Shown here: positions 45,381 to 55,596 of the stretch, piece by piece
How positions within the stretch are numbered: position 1 is the first letter of the stretch
Layout: every line of letters starts with the position of its first letter
Assembly: GCA_963704725.1 (NCBI GenBank)
Contig: OY969934.1
Span: 3,360,001-3,424,000, forward strand
Reading direction: 5' to 3'
Source of the DNA: an uncultured Actinomycetes bacterium
GTDB taxonomy: Bacteria; Actinomycetota; UBA4738; HRBIN12
Length of the DNA: 64,000 nt
Made by a program: the position numbers and the translations under genes
Notes under the pieces: model-generated
The model's database searches: none
What the model was told of the DNA's origin: nothing
The model's input: the letters and a program-made list of their open reading frames with translations, nothing else

Positions 45381-47446
45381 TGACCGTCCACACCACACCC
45401 GAGGCGGGCGCCATCGAGCACGGGGCGGTCCGTGCGCGCCCGCTGTTCGACGGGCCCATCGTGAAGCGGGCCGTGCGCGACAGCTTCGCCAAGCTGGACC
45501 CGCGAACCCTCCTGCGGAACCCGGTCATCTTCGTCGTCGAAATCGTCTCCGTCGTCGTCACGATCAGGATCGTCGCCGACGTCGCCAGCGAGGGACCGAT
45601 CGCGTTCGACACGGCCATCGGGGTCGGCCTGTGGTTCACCGTCCTGTTCGCGAACTTCGCGGAGGCCATGGCCGAGGGTCGGGGCAAGGCGCAGGCGGAT
45701 GCGCTGCGCAAGACGCGGGCGGACCTCGTCGCCCAGCGACTCCTGAGCGATGGGACGCAGGAGACCGTCCCCGCCTCCCAGCTCCGCGCGGGCGATCACG
45801 TCATGGTCACGGCGGGCGAGCCGATCCCCGGCGACGGGGAAATCGTCGAGGGCATCGCCTCGGTGGACGAGTCGGCGATCACCGGCGAGTCGGCCCCGGT
45901 GATCCGCGAGTCCGGCGGCGACCGCAGCGCCGTCACGGCCGGGACCAAGGTGCTCTCGGACTGGATCAAGGTCCGGATCACGGCTGATCCTGGGGAGTCG
46001 TTCCTGGATCGGATGATCTCTCTCGTCGAGGGGGCCTCTCGTCAGAAGACCCCGAACGAGATCGCGCTGTCGATCCTGCTGGCGAAGTTCACGATCATCT
46101 TCCTGATCGTCGTCGTCTCGCTCCAGCCCTTCGGCATCTACTCGGGCGGGCGGCTCTCCGACGCCGTGCTGATCGCGCTGTTCGTGTGTCTCATCCCCAC
46201 CACGATCGGCGGGCTCCTGTCTGCGATCGGGATCGCCGGGATGGACCGGCTCGTGCAGCGCAACGTCCTGGCCATGAGCGGCCGGGCGGTCGAGGCGGCC
46301 GGCGACGTCTCCACCCTGCTCCTGGACAAGACGGGGACGATCACCCTCGGCAACCGCCAAGCCGTTGCCTTCATCCCGGCCCCGGGGGTCGAGGAGCGCG
46401 AGTTCGCCGAGGTCGCCCAGCTCGCGTCGCTCGCCGACGAGACCCCGGAGGGGCGCTCCATCGTCGTGCTGGCGAAGGAGCGGTTCGGGATCCGCGAGCG
46501 CGAGCTCATGGAGACGCGCTCGACGTTCATCCCATTCACGGCACAGACCCGGATGAGCGGGATCAACGTCGACGGCAACGAGATCCGCAAGGGCGCCGTC
46601 GACGCCGTCGTCGGCTGGTCCGGACACGAGCTTCCTCGGCCGCTGGCGGCGGAGGTCGAGCGGATCGCCCGGGCCGGCGGCACCCCCCTGGCGGTCGCCC
46701 GGGACCGGACGCCGCTCGGCGTGATCGAGCTGAAGGACATCATCAAGGAGGGCCTGGTCGAGCGGTTCTCGCAGCTGCGGAAGATGGGCATCCGCACGGT
46801 GATGATCACCGGCGACAACGTCCTCACGGCCGCCTCGATCGCGCAGGAGTCGGGCGTCGACGACTTCCTGGCGGAGGCCACGCCCGAGGCGAAGATGGAG
46901 CTCATCAAGCGCGAGCAGACCGGCGGCAAGCTCGTCGCGATGACGGGCGACGGCACGAACGACGCCCCGGCGCTCGCCCAAGCCGACGTCGGCGTGGCCA
47001 TGAACACGGGGACGACCGCGGCCAAGGAGGCCGGCAACATGGTCGACCTCGACTCGAACCCCACGAAGCTGATGGACATCGTCGAGATCGGCAAGCAGCT
47101 GCTGATCACGCGGGGAGCGCTGACGACGTTCTCGATCGCCAACGATGTCGCGAAGTACTTCGCGATCATCCCGGCGATGTTCGCCGGCACCCTGCCGGTC
47201 CTGGACAAGCTGAACGTGATGGACCTCAACACGCCCGAGTCGGCCATCCTGTCGGCCGTCATCTTCAACGCGCTGATCATCGTCGCCCTGGTCCCGCTCG
47301 CCCTGCGCGGGGTCCGCTACCGGCCGATCGGCGCCGACGGGCTGCTCCGGCGAAACCTGCTCATCTACGGACTGGGAGGGATCATCGTGCCCTTCATCGG
47401 CATCAAGGCCATCGACCTGCTGCTCCAGGTGGTGAAGTTCCCGTGA
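45380..47446 (+). CDS. kdpB: K+-transporting ATPase subunit B
   Basis: [42 protein letters not shown]. Confidence 0.98.
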   Translation: MTVHTTPEAGAIEHGAVRARPLFDGPIVKRAVRDSFAKLDPRTLLRNPVIFVVEIVSVVVTIRIVADVASEGPIAFDTAIGVGLWFTVLFANFAEAMAEGRGKAQADALRKTRADLVAQRLLSDGTQETVPASQLRAGDHVMVTAGEPIPGDGEIVEGIASVDESAITGESAPVIRESGGDRSAVTAGTKVLSDWIKVRITADPGESFLDRMISLVEGASRQKTPNEIALSILLAKFTIIFLIVVVSLQPFGIYSGGRLSDAVLIALFVCLIPTTIGGLLSAIGIAGMDRLVQRNVLAMSGRAVEAAGDVSTLLLDKTGTITLGNRQAVAFIPAPGVEEREFAEVAQLASLADETPEGRSIVVLAKERFGIRERELMETRSTFIPFTAQTRMSGINVDGNEIRKGAVDAVVGWSGHELPRPLAAEVERIARAGGTPLAVARDRTPLGVIELKDIIKEGLVERFSQLRKMGIRTVMITGDNVLTAASIAQESGVDDFLAEATPEAKMELIKREQTGGKLVAMTGDGTNDAPALAQADVGVAMNTGTTAAKEAGNMVDLDSNPTKLMDIVEIGKQLLITRGALTTFSIANDVAKYFAIIPAMFAGTLPVLDKLNVMDLNTPESAILSAVIFNALIIVALVPLALRGVRYRPIGADGLLRRNLLIYGLGGIIVPFIGIKAIDLLLQVVKFP

Positions 47447-48021
47447 TCCGCGATGCCGTGAGGGCACTTCGCGCCGTCATCGTGCTCGCGGTATTCACGG
47501 GCCTCGTGTACCCGCTCGTCATCACCGGGATCGCTCAGCTCACGATGGGAGACAAGGCGGACGGCTCGCTCGTCCGCGTGAACGGGCGGCTGGTCGGCAG
47601 CTCGTCGATCGGCCAGGCCTGGGACGGAGACCAGTGGTTCCACGGACGCCCGTCCGCGATCGAGTACGACGCCTCCACGTCCTCCGGGTCGAACCTGGGT
47701 CCGACCTCCCAGACGCTCGCCGACCAGATCAAGGAGCGGGTGGACGCGATCCTCGCGCTCGAGGGGCCGTATCACCCCGCCATGACGGCGGCGGACATCC
47801 CGGTCGATCTCGTCACGGCCTCGGCCAGCGGCGTCGACCCGGACATCTCGGTCGCCGCCGCAGAGCTGCAGGCGGCGCGGATCGCCGACGTTCGAGGGCT
47901 GTCGATCGAGCGGGTCCGCTCGCTGATCGTCGAGCACACGGAGGGCCCGGTGCTCGGGTTCCTGGGACAGGAGCGCGTGAACGTCCTCGAGCTCAACCTC
48001 GCGCTCGAGCAGGCGGCATGA
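47443..48021 (+). CDS. kdpC: K+-transporting ATPase subunit C
   Basis: [48 protein letters not shown]. Confidence 0.96.
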   Translation: MIRDAVRALRAVIVLAVFTGLVYPLVITGIAQLTMGDKADGSLVRVNGRLVGSSSIGQAWDGDQWFHGRPSAIEYDASTSSGSNLGPTSQTLADQIKERVDAILALEGPYHPAMTAADIPVDLVTASASGVDPDISVAAAELQAARIADVRGLSIERVRSLIVEHTEGPVLGFLGQERVNVLELNLALEQAA

Positions 48022-48332
48022 AGTCCGTGGCCACCCGCACCGTCGTGGTCGTCGGCAAGCGGCCGAGGATCTCGGCTACGGAGCTCCTGGGCGACGTGCA
48101 GTCGGGCGAGGAGGCGGCCGTCCTCGTCCTGGGGCTCGACCCCACGCCCGCGCAGCGACGATTGACCGAATCGGCGCTCGAGCTTGCCGCCCAGCGTCGG
48201 ATCGTGCTCACGGCGGAGCTGATCCCGACCGCCGGCTGGCTGCGCGAGCGGCTTCGGGACACGGACACCCTCCGCGTGGTCGCCGGCTCCCGCGAGGCGC
48301 GCCGGTGGAGGCTCGAGCGCCCGCCGGCCTAG
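48018..48332 (+). CDS. Hypothetical protein coupled to kdpC
   Basis: [16 protein letters not shown]...; ATG overlaps the kdpC stop (ATGA). Confidence 0.6.
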   Translation: MKSVATRTVVVVGKRPRISATELLGDVQSGEEAAVLVLGLDPTPAQRRLTESALELAAQRRIVLTAELIPTAGWLRERLRDTDTLRVVAGSREARRWRLERPPA

Positions 48333-48341
48333 CCGGGCCGG

Positions 48342-49532
48342 TCAGCGCTGCCGGCCCATGACGTGGATGTCGAGGTTCGACGCCCCTCGGATCAGCCGCG
48401 CGACGAAGGACCCGGATACCAGCTCACGCCACCGCGAGCGCGCCGACTCGCCCACCACGATCTGCGTGACGGACTGCCGATAGGCGTACCCGAGGACGGC
48501 GTCGACCGGCGCCTCGGAGTCGATCACGTCGAACGTCCCGCCGAGGTCGCGCGAGAGCGTCTCGACGTGGCGGAGCCAGTCCGGGTCGGTCGAGCCCTCC
48601 CCCTCGCGGACGTGCAGGACGACGAGGTCGCCCCGCGCCCGCTGTGCGATCCGCCCGCCGCGACGGATCAGCGTGTCCGAGAGCTCGCCCGGCCGGGCCA
48701 CGCAGACGAGCACGCGCTCGCGCACGTCGGGCGCTGCCCCCTCGCGCGCGTAGCGATCCAGGAGCGAGTCGTCGACCTGGTTGGCCACCTTCAGGAGCGC
48801 GAGCTCCCGCAGCGCCGTGAGGTTCTCGATCGTGAAGAAGCGTTGCAGGGCGAGCTCGGCCTTCCGCCCGTCCGGGTAGACGTTCCCGTGCGCGATGCGG
48901 CGGCGAAGCGCGTGCGGCGACATGTCGACGAGCTCGACCTGGTCGGCGAGGTCGAACAGCCAGTCCGGGACCGTCTCCTGCTGCCGGATCCCGGTGACGG
49001 TGGCGATCACGTCGTTGAGGCTCTCCAGGTGCTGGATGTTGATCGTGGTGATGACCTCGATCCCCGCGGCCAGGACCTCGATCACGTCCTCCCACCGCTT
49101 GCCGTTGCGGGCGCCGGGGATGTTCGTGTGCGCCAGCTCGTCGATGAGCGCGACCTGCGGCCGGCGCTCGATCACGGCGTCCACGTCCATCTCCTCGAAG
49201 CGCCGGCCGCGGTACTCGAGGACCTGCATGGTCACGATCTCGAGGCCCTCGAGCATGGCGATCGTCTGGCGACGCCCGTACGTGGCGACGAAGCCGACGA
49301 CGACGTCCGTGCCCCGATCGAGCCGACGATGCCCCTCCGAGAGCATCGCGTAGGTCTTGCCCACCCCCGGCGCGGAGCCGAGGTACATGCGAAGGGCGGC
49401 CGCCTTGCGGCGATGCGCCTCCTCCCGGGTCCAGGCGGCCGAGCTCGGCGCCTCGACGACCTCGCGATCGACCAGGGCCTCGATCGACTCACCGCCGGCG
49501 ACGACGGGCATGCCGTCGGGCTCCGCGCTCAT
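48342..49532 (-). CDS. kdpD: Stand-alone KdpD N-terminal domain + USP (split KdpD)
   Basis: YLGSAPGVGKTYAML, DELAHTN, KRWEDV, NIQHLESLND, LTALRELAL, then USP (QIVVGESARSRW); no TM or kinase part. Confidence 0.9.
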   Translation of the reverse strand: MSAEPDGMPVVAGGESIEALVDREVVEAPSSAAWTREEAHRRKAAALRMYLGSAPGVGKTYAMLSEGHRRLDRGTDVVVGFVATYGRRQTIAMLEGLEIVTMQVLEYRGRRFEEMDVDAVIERRPQVALIDELAHTNIPGARNGKRWEDVIEVLAAGIEVITTINIQHLESLNDVIATVTGIRQQETVPDWLFDLADQVELVDMSPHALRRRIAHGNVYPDGRKAELALQRFFTIENLTALRELALLKVANQVDDSLLDRYAREGAAPDVRERVLVCVARPGELSDTLIRRGGRIAQRARGDLVVLHVREGEGSTDPDWLRHVETLSRDLGGTFDVIDSEAPVDAVLGYAYRQSVTQIVVGESARSRWRELVSGSFVARLIRGASNLDIHVMGRQR

Positions 49533-49553
49533 GTCCCTCCTCTCGGTGGGAGG

Positions 49554-49925
49554 CTACGCCGTGAACTCGAAGCTCGGGTTCACCATCCTGCGGCCGGCGT
49601 GCGGCTTCTCCGCGAGCAGCCCCTCGACCACGAGCCTCGTGCCCAGGTTCAACCCGTGGATCGAGCGGCGGCCCATCCACACCACGGTGACCTCACCGGT
49701 CCCGTCGTACAGGACGGCCTCGAGCGACTCCTCGCCCTCCAGCGGGCGCACCGTGATCCGGCGCACGACCCCGGCCAGCCGGGACTTCGAGCGCGTCGCG
49801 GCGTCCCGGATACGGACCGTGCCCGGGATCCTCGCCGCCCAGGCCTCGATCTCCTCGGCGTAGCGCTGCTCGTCGCTCTCGGCCATGCGGCGGAGGAACC
49901 GCCGGAACGGATCGACGAGCCCCAT
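49554..49925 (-). CDS. OB-fold nucleic-acid-binding-domain protein (Rv2694c-like)
   Basis: LEAVLYDGTGEVTVVWMGRRSIHGL...MVNPSFE. Confidence 0.8.
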   Translation of the reverse strand: MGLVDPFRRFLRRMAESDEQRYAEEIEAWAARIPGTVRIRDAATRSKSRLAGVVRRITVRPLEGEESLEAVLYDGTGEVTVVWMGRRSIHGLNLGTRLVVEGLLAEKPHAGRRMVNPSFEFTA

Positions 49926-49945
49926 CCCCGCTGCACCCGCTCGCG

Positions 49946-52195
49946 TCAGTCGACCGACGCCGTGGGCCGATCGACCATCAGCTCCGACTTGCGGGACTTC
50001 GAGATCCAGATGGCGACCCCCACCACGATCACGGCGACGGCCACCACCGCGATCCGCAGCCCCGTGTTGTCCGCCTGCTCCACCACGACCGGCGCGAACA
50101 GCAGCGCCACGAGGTTCATCACCTTGATCAACGGGTTCAGGCCGGGGCCGGCCGTGTCCTTGAAGGGATCGCCGACCGTGTCGCCGATGACGGCGGCCTT
50201 GTGCTGGTCGGAGCCCTTCCCACCGTAATGGCCGTCCTCGATGTACTTCTTCGCGTTGTCCCACGCGCCGCCGGAGTTCGACAGCATCACCGCGAGGAGC
50301 TGCCCGGTCAGGATCGCGCCGGCGAGGAACGCGCCGAGCGCCTCGGCCTTGAACGCGAACCCCACGATGATCGGTGACAGGACCGCGAGCAGCGCCGGCG
50401 TCATCAGCTCGCGGAGCGAGGTCTTCGTGCAGATGTCGACCACGCGCGCGTAGTCCGGCTTCTCGGTGTAGTCCATGATCCCGGGGTGGTCGCGGAACTG
50501 GTTCCGCACCTCGACCACGACCTGCGCCGCGGCCCGGCCCACCGCTCGGATCGCGAGCGAGGAGAACAGGAACGCCACCGATCCTCCGATCAGCAAGCCG
50601 ACGAGAACCTGCGGCTCGTCGACGCGGATCCCGAGGAAGTGGAACCCCGCTTCCCGCAGCGCCTCCTCGAACGAGCCGAACAGCGAGGTCGCGGCGATGA
50701 CGGCCGTGGCGATCGCCATCCCCTTGGTGATCGCCTTCGTCGAGTTACCGATGGCATCGAGGCCGGTCAGGACCTGCGCGGGACGGCCCTCGAACTCACC
50801 CGACATCTCGGCGATGCCCTGGGCGTTGTCCGAGACCGGCCCGTACGTGTCCATGGACACGATGACACCGACCGTGGTGAGCATGCCCATCCCGGTGAGC
50901 GAGATGAAGTAGAGCGCCTCGGCCGTGTTGTCCCCCAGGACGTACGCCCCGGCGACCACGCCGGCGATGATGAGGATCGACCACACCGTCGACTCCAGCC
51001 CGGTCGCGAAGCCCGCCAGGATCGTGGTCGCGGGGCCGGTCTGTGTGGCCTCGGCGATCTCCCGGACGGGCTTGTACTTGGTGTCGGTGAAGTACTGGGT
51101 GAGGAGCTGGATCACGCTCGCGAGGATCAGGCCGAAGAGCACCGCGACCGCCGGCCGGACGTCCTTCATGTAGATCCCGCTGATTACGAAGACCGCGGCC
51201 GCCGAGATCGCCGCGGAGAGGAAGAACCCCCGGTTGATCGCGCGCATCCCGTGCTCGTCCTCGCTCCGGGGCGTCACGGCGAGGATCCCGATGATCGAGG
51301 TGATCACGCCGACCGCGCGGACGAACAGCGGGAACATCACGCCCGCGATCGCGCCGACCTCGCTGCCGGAGAACGCCGCGGCGCCCAGGATCAGCGAGGC
51401 AACAAGGGTCACCTCGTAGGATTCGAACAGGTCGGCCGCCATCCCGGCGCAGTCGCCCACGTTGTCGCCGACGTTGTCGGCGATCACGGCGGCGTTGCGC
51501 GGGTCGTCCTCGGGGATCCCCTGCTCCACCTTGCCCACGAGGTCGGCGCCGACGTCGGCGGCCTTGGTGAAGATGCCGCCGCCCACCCGCATGAACATCG
51601 CGAGCAGCGCGCCGCCGAAGCCGAACCCGACCAGGACGCCCGTCGCGTCCGACTTGTAGACGAGCAGGATCATCGTCGCGCCGAACAGCCCCAAACCGAC
51701 CGTGAACATGCCCGCAACGCCGCCGGCGCGGAACGCGATCCGCATCGCCTTGCGGAGCCCGGACTCCTTGGCCGCGTTCGCCGTCCGGACGTTGGCTCGC
51801 ACGGCCAGCCACATCCCGGTGTACCCCGTGATCGCGCTGAGCCCCGCGCCGAGGATGAAGGCGATCGACCGGCCCACCCGGATGAACGTCTCCCCGTGCA
51901 CCGCGGTCTTCGACACCGGCAGGGCGAAGAACAGCACGACCGTCAGGACGGCCATGAAGATCCCGACGGTGCGGAACTGGCGGCTCAGGTACGCCTTGGC
52001 GCCGATCTGGATGGCCCGGGCGATCTCTTTCATCTTCTCGGTGCCCTCGGGGGCGCTCAGGACCTCGCGGACGAGGTAGTAGGCGAACACGAGCGCGATC
52101 AGCGAGATGACCAGGATCACCCACAGGGCGTTGTTCTCGAATGAGCCGAAGACGGCCTTGATCGCACCGCCTTCTTGCGCGAGCGCACCGGACAC
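49946..52195 (-). CDS. hppA: Membrane-bound H+-translocating pyrophosphatase (K+-independent type)
   Basis: DVGADLVGKVE, DNVGDNVGDCAGMAADLFE, GNSTKAITKG, GDTVGDPFKDT; SD gaggagg. Confidence 0.95.
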   Translation of the reverse strand: MSGALAQEGGAIKAVFGSFENNALWVILVISLIALVFAYYLVREVLSAPEGTEKMKEIARAIQIGAKAYLSRQFRTVGIFMAVLTVVLFFALPVSKTAVHGETFIRVGRSIAFILGAGLSAITGYTGMWLAVRANVRTANAAKESGLRKAMRIAFRAGGVAGMFTVGLGLFGATMILLVYKSDATGVLVGFGFGGALLAMFMRVGGGIFTKAADVGADLVGKVEQGIPEDDPRNAAVIADNVGDNVGDCAGMAADLFESYEVTLVASLILGAAAFSGSEVGAIAGVMFPLFVRAVGVITSIIGILAVTPRSEDEHGMRAINRGFFLSAAISAAAVFVISGIYMKDVRPAVAVLFGLILASVIQLLTQYFTDTKYKPVREIAEATQTGPATTILAGFATGLESTVWSILIIAGVVAGAYVLGDNTAEALYFISLTGMGMLTTVGVIVSMDTYGPVSDNAQGIAEMSGEFEGRPAQVLTGLDAIGNSTKAITKGMAIATAVIAATSLFGSFEEALREAGFHFLGIRVDEPQVLVGLLIGGSVAFLFSSLAIRAVGRAAAQVVVEVRNQFRDHPGIMDYTEKPDYARVVDICTKTSLRELMTPALLAVLSPIIVGFAFKAEALGAFLAGAILTGQLLAVMLSNSGGAWDNAKKYIEDGHYGGKGSDQHKAAVIGDTVGDPFKDTAGPGLNPLIKVMNLVALLFAPVVVEQADNTGLRIAVVAVAVIVVGVAIWISKSRKSELMVDRPTASVD

Positions 52196-52325
52196 GTTGA
52201 GGACCTCCTCGATCGGGTTCGTGAGGGGATTTCGTGGCCCCGGTCCACACGGGACCGGCAGCAGTATAGAGAAGAAGCTACCCCCCGTGACCTGCGAAGA
52301 CGGCGGCCCGCAGCGACAGGAAGCG

Positions 52326-53612
52326 CTATCCGAACGCGAAGTACCGCAGCCAGAGGTACAGCAGCGAGACGGCGATCGAGACGGCGGTCACGGGCAGGCC
52401 GTACCGCAGGAATTGGAGGAACCGGATCTTGTGCCCGCTCCGCTCGGCCACGCCAAGGACGACGACGTTGGCGCTGGCGCCGATCGAGGTCGCGTTCCCT
52501 CCGAGGTCCGCACCCAGCGCGAGCGCCCACCACAGCACCGTCGTGTTCCCGGGGAGGGCGGCGGCGAGCGCACCCACGATCGGCACCATCGTGGCAACGT
52601 ACGGGATGTTGTCGACGAGTCCAGACAGCACGGCGGACCCCACGAGGAGCAGCGCGGTCGCCAGGAACAGCCGCCCGTCGGTGAGGTCGACCAGCCGCTC
52701 GGCCAGCGCGTCGATCGCACCGACCTTCACGAGACCGCCGACGATGACGAACAGCCCCATGAAGAACGCGAGGGTCGGCCACTCGACGTCGCGGAGGTAG
52801 TCGATGCGGTCGCCGCGCGCGATCAGCAGCAGGACGCCCGCCCCGAGGAGCGCGACGACCGACGGCTCGTACCCCAGCGGCCCCTGCAGGGCGAACGCGA
52901 GCGTGACCACTCCCAGGACCGCCAGCGCCTTCGGCAGGAGGGAGCCGGGCAGGAGCGCCTCGCGCTCGTCGAGCGACATCAGCTCGCGGACGCGCTCGGG
53001 ATGAGCCTCCAGCTCGCCGCGGAACGTCCACCGCGCCTGGAGGACGAAGATGGCGAGCAGGACGGCGACGATGGGGCCCAGGTTGACCACGAAGTCCAGA
53101 TAGGAAAGCCCGGCGGCGCTCCCGATGATGATGTTCGGCGGGTCACCGACCAGCGTGGCCACCCCGCCGATATTGGACGCGAACACCTCCGCGACCAGCA
53201 ACGGCACCGGCGGCACACCGATCCGCTCGGCGATGAGGACGGTGACCGGCGCGATCAGCAGGACGGTCGTCACGTTGTCGAGCAGGGCCGCGACGAACGC
53301 CGTGATCAGCACGAGCATGGTCATGATCGCGAAGGGGCGTCCGCGTGCGCGCTTGGCGGACCAGATCGCCAGGTACTCGAACAGGCCGGTCCGCCGGAGG
53401 ACGCCGACGATGACCATCATCCCGAAGAGCAGGAAGATCACGTTCCAGTCGATGCCGAACTCATGCGAGTGGAAAGCGTCGTTGGCGTCGACGATCTTGA
53501 ACAGCAGCATCAGCCCGGCACCGGCGAGCGCGACGACGACCCGGTGCACCCACTCCGTCGCGATCAGCGCGTACGCGCCGACGAAGATGGAGATGGCGAT
53601 GGCGTCCTTCAC
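52326..53612 (-). CDS. ArsB/NhaD (ion transporter superfamily) permease
   Basis: IDWNVIFLLFGMM, LDNVTTVLL, SNIGGVATLVGDPPNIII, VDNIPY, GADLGGNATSIGASANVV. Confidence 0.9.
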   Translation of the reverse strand: MKDAIAISIFVGAYALIATEWVHRVVVALAGAGLMLLFKIVDANDAFHSHEFGIDWNVIFLLFGMMVIVGVLRRTGLFEYLAIWSAKRARGRPFAIMTMLVLITAFVAALLDNVTTVLLIAPVTVLIAERIGVPPVPLLVAEVFASNIGGVATLVGDPPNIIIGSAAGLSYLDFVVNLGPIVAVLLAIFVLQARWTFRGELEAHPERVRELMSLDEREALLPGSLLPKALAVLGVVTLAFALQGPLGYEPSVVALLGAGVLLLIARGDRIDYLRDVEWPTLAFFMGLFVIVGGLVKVGAIDALAERLVDLTDGRLFLATALLLVGSAVLSGLVDNIPYVATMVPIVGALAAALPGNTTVLWWALALGADLGGNATSIGASANVVVLGVAERSGHKIRFLQFLRYGLPVTAVSIAVSLLYLWLRYFAFG

Positions 53613-54055
53613 CGGCGCCCCAGGAGATGGCTCAAGAGCTCGTCGATCGAGATGCCACCGATCAGGCGGCCGTCCTCGACGACCCCGACCATCGACGCCC
53701 GGGACCGCACCATCGCCGAAGCCGCCTCGACCAGCGTGTCGTCGGCCGCCACGACCGGCTCCGCGTCCCGGTCCTGCGGGACGAGGTCGGCAACCGTCCG
53801 GCCCTCGAGCCGGCGGAACAGGACGTCGGACGCCGCCTCCTCCAGGACGCGAGCGAGCGCCGAGTCGTCGTCCACGTAACCGGGCAGCAGGCGCCTGAGC
53901 AGCTCGGAGTCCGAGAGCACGTCGACGAACACATCCCGATCGTCGACGACGAGCACCGCTCGAACGTCGTGCCGGGCAAGTACCTCCGCCGCCGCGCTCG
54001 CCGGGTCGTGGATCCGAACCGTGTCGCGCGGGCTGGCCAGGTTGCGCGCCTTCAT
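53609..54055 (-). CDS. CBS-domain pair protein
   Basis: MKARNLA..., AVLVVDD...LSDSELL, VVAADDTLVEAASAM...VGVVEDGRLIGGISIDELL. Confidence 0.88.
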   Translation of the reverse strand: MKARNLASPRDTVRIHDPASAAAEVLARHDVRAVLVVDDRDVFVDVLSDSELLRRLLPGYVDDDSALARVLEEAASDVLFRRLEGRTVADLVPQDRDAEPVVAADDTLVEAASAMVRSRASMVGVVEDGRLIGGISIDELLSHLLGRR

Positions 54056-54100
54056 CGCCCATCCCTCCCCGATGCGTTCGCCACGTCCGCTGCGGGCAGC

Positions 54101-55462
54101 CTACGCACGCCGGCTCCCGGCCGTGAGCACGACCGCGCCGCACAGACCCGCGACCAGGGACCCGAGCAACACGCCGACCTTGGCGAGGTCCGTGGCGGGA
54201 CCGGAGAACGCCAGTTCAGCGATGAACAGGGAGACGGTGAACCCGATCCCGGCCACGATACCGACGCCGACCACCTGGCGGGCCTCCACGCCCTCGGGGA
54301 GGCGACCGATCCCCAGGCGGACCGCGGCGAGGCCGGCGAGCGTCACCCCCGCGGCCTTGCCCACGACCAGGCCGACGACGACCCCGATCGTCACGGGGCT
54401 CGTGACGGCGTCGGCGACGAGATCGCCGGAGACGCGGATCCCCGCGTTCGCCAGGGCGAAGAGTGGGATCACGAGGTTGCTGGTCCAGGGATGCAGCACG
54501 TGCTCGACGCGCGCGAGCGGCGACACGGCCTCTCGCGACAGGGACGCCAGCCCGAGCCAATGGTGGGCGTCGGCGTCCGGCGGCTCGGGTTCGTCCACCG
54601 TGAGATCGGCCACCCGATGCGCCTCCCCACTCACGGCCCGCGGCCGCTGGAAGGGCGCGGCCGGGGTCAACAGGCCGAGGGCGACTCCGGAGATCGAGGG
54701 GTGCACCCCGGATCGGTATGCCGCCAGCCACACGGCCATCCCGAGCACCACGTAGACGGCGCCCGCCCGGACGTGGATCCGGCGAAGGGCGACGATCACG
54801 AGGCAGAGGGCGACCCCCGCGCCGAGGGCGGGCCACGCGATGGCTCCCGAGTAGAACAGGGCGATCACCAGGATCGCCCCGATGTCGTCCACGATCGCGA
54901 GCGTCAGCAGGAACGGCTTCAGCCCCGGCGGCGCCGCTCGAGCGGCGATCGTCAGCACACCGACGGCGAACGCGATGTCGGTCGCCATCGGGACCCCCCA
55001 GCCGCGACCTCCCTCCCCTCCGGCGTTCACGGCGAGGTACAGGAGGGCCGGGACGACCATCCCGCCGACGGCGGCCACCACGGGGACGATGGCCGCCCGA
55101 GGATCCCGAAGCTCGCCGGTCAGGACCTCGCGCTTCACCTCCAGCCCCACGACGAGGAAGAACAGCGACATCAGGCCGTCGTTCACCCAGTGCCGGGCGT
55201 CCTCGGCGATCGACCAGGTCCCGAACCGGAGGCTCAGCCGCGTGGACCAGACCTGCTCGTACGAGACATGCCACGGCGAGTTGGCCCACACCAGCGCGGC
55301 GATCGTCGCGGCAAGCAGCAGCACGCCGCTCGACGCCTCCTGGTCGAGGAAGGCCTGGAGTGGTTGCACGACGCGCCGCGGCATGGCGCGCGACGAGCGT
55401 GACCAGGGCGCGCGGAGACCGCGGTCGAGATCGGGTCGAGCGTTCGTCGGACGTGTGCCCAT
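54101..55462 (-). CDS. nhaA: Na+/H+ antiporter NhaA
   Basis: WVNDGLMSLFF, GLEVKRE, GWGVPMATDIAF, LAIVDD, GVHPSI, FALANAG, GIGFTVSLFIAELAF. Confidence 0.95.
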   Translation of the reverse strand: MGTRPTNARPDLDRGLRAPWSRSSRAMPRRVVQPLQAFLDQEASSGVLLLAATIAALVWANSPWHVSYEQVWSTRLSLRFGTWSIAEDARHWVNDGLMSLFFLVVGLEVKREVLTGELRDPRAAIVPVVAAVGGMVVPALLYLAVNAGGEGGRGWGVPMATDIAFAVGVLTIAARAAPPGLKPFLLTLAIVDDIGAILVIALFYSGAIAWPALGAGVALCLVIVALRRIHVRAGAVYVVLGMAVWLAAYRSGVHPSISGVALGLLTPAAPFQRPRAVSGEAHRVADLTVDEPEPPDADAHHWLGLASLSREAVSPLARVEHVLHPWTSNLVIPLFALANAGIRVSGDLVADAVTSPVTIGVVVGLVVGKAAGVTLAGLAAVRLGIGRLPEGVEARQVVGVGIVAGIGFTVSLFIAELAFSGPATDLAKVGVLLGSLVAGLCGAVVLTAGSRRA

Positions 55463-55510
55463 GCCTGATCCCCGCCGACCAGGCTTCCCGGCACACCGAC
55501 GAGCGACCGC
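55463..55510 (-). ncRNA. Candidate structured nhaA leader (possible Li+/Na+-type riboswitch)
   Basis: Sense CTCGTCGGTGTGCCGGGAAGCCTGGTCGGCGGG: inner hairpin CCGGG/CCTGG, outer stem CTCGTCGG/TCGGCGGG covering the RBS; -10 TAGGAT at 55512-55517. Confidence 0.4.
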
Positions 55511-55596
55511 CATCCTACCGCGGGCCGACCGGCCCGCTTCTTGGCGGGACCCTGGTGGTTGTGGGAGGGGTCCCCGGCCGCTAACCTCACCGCGGT

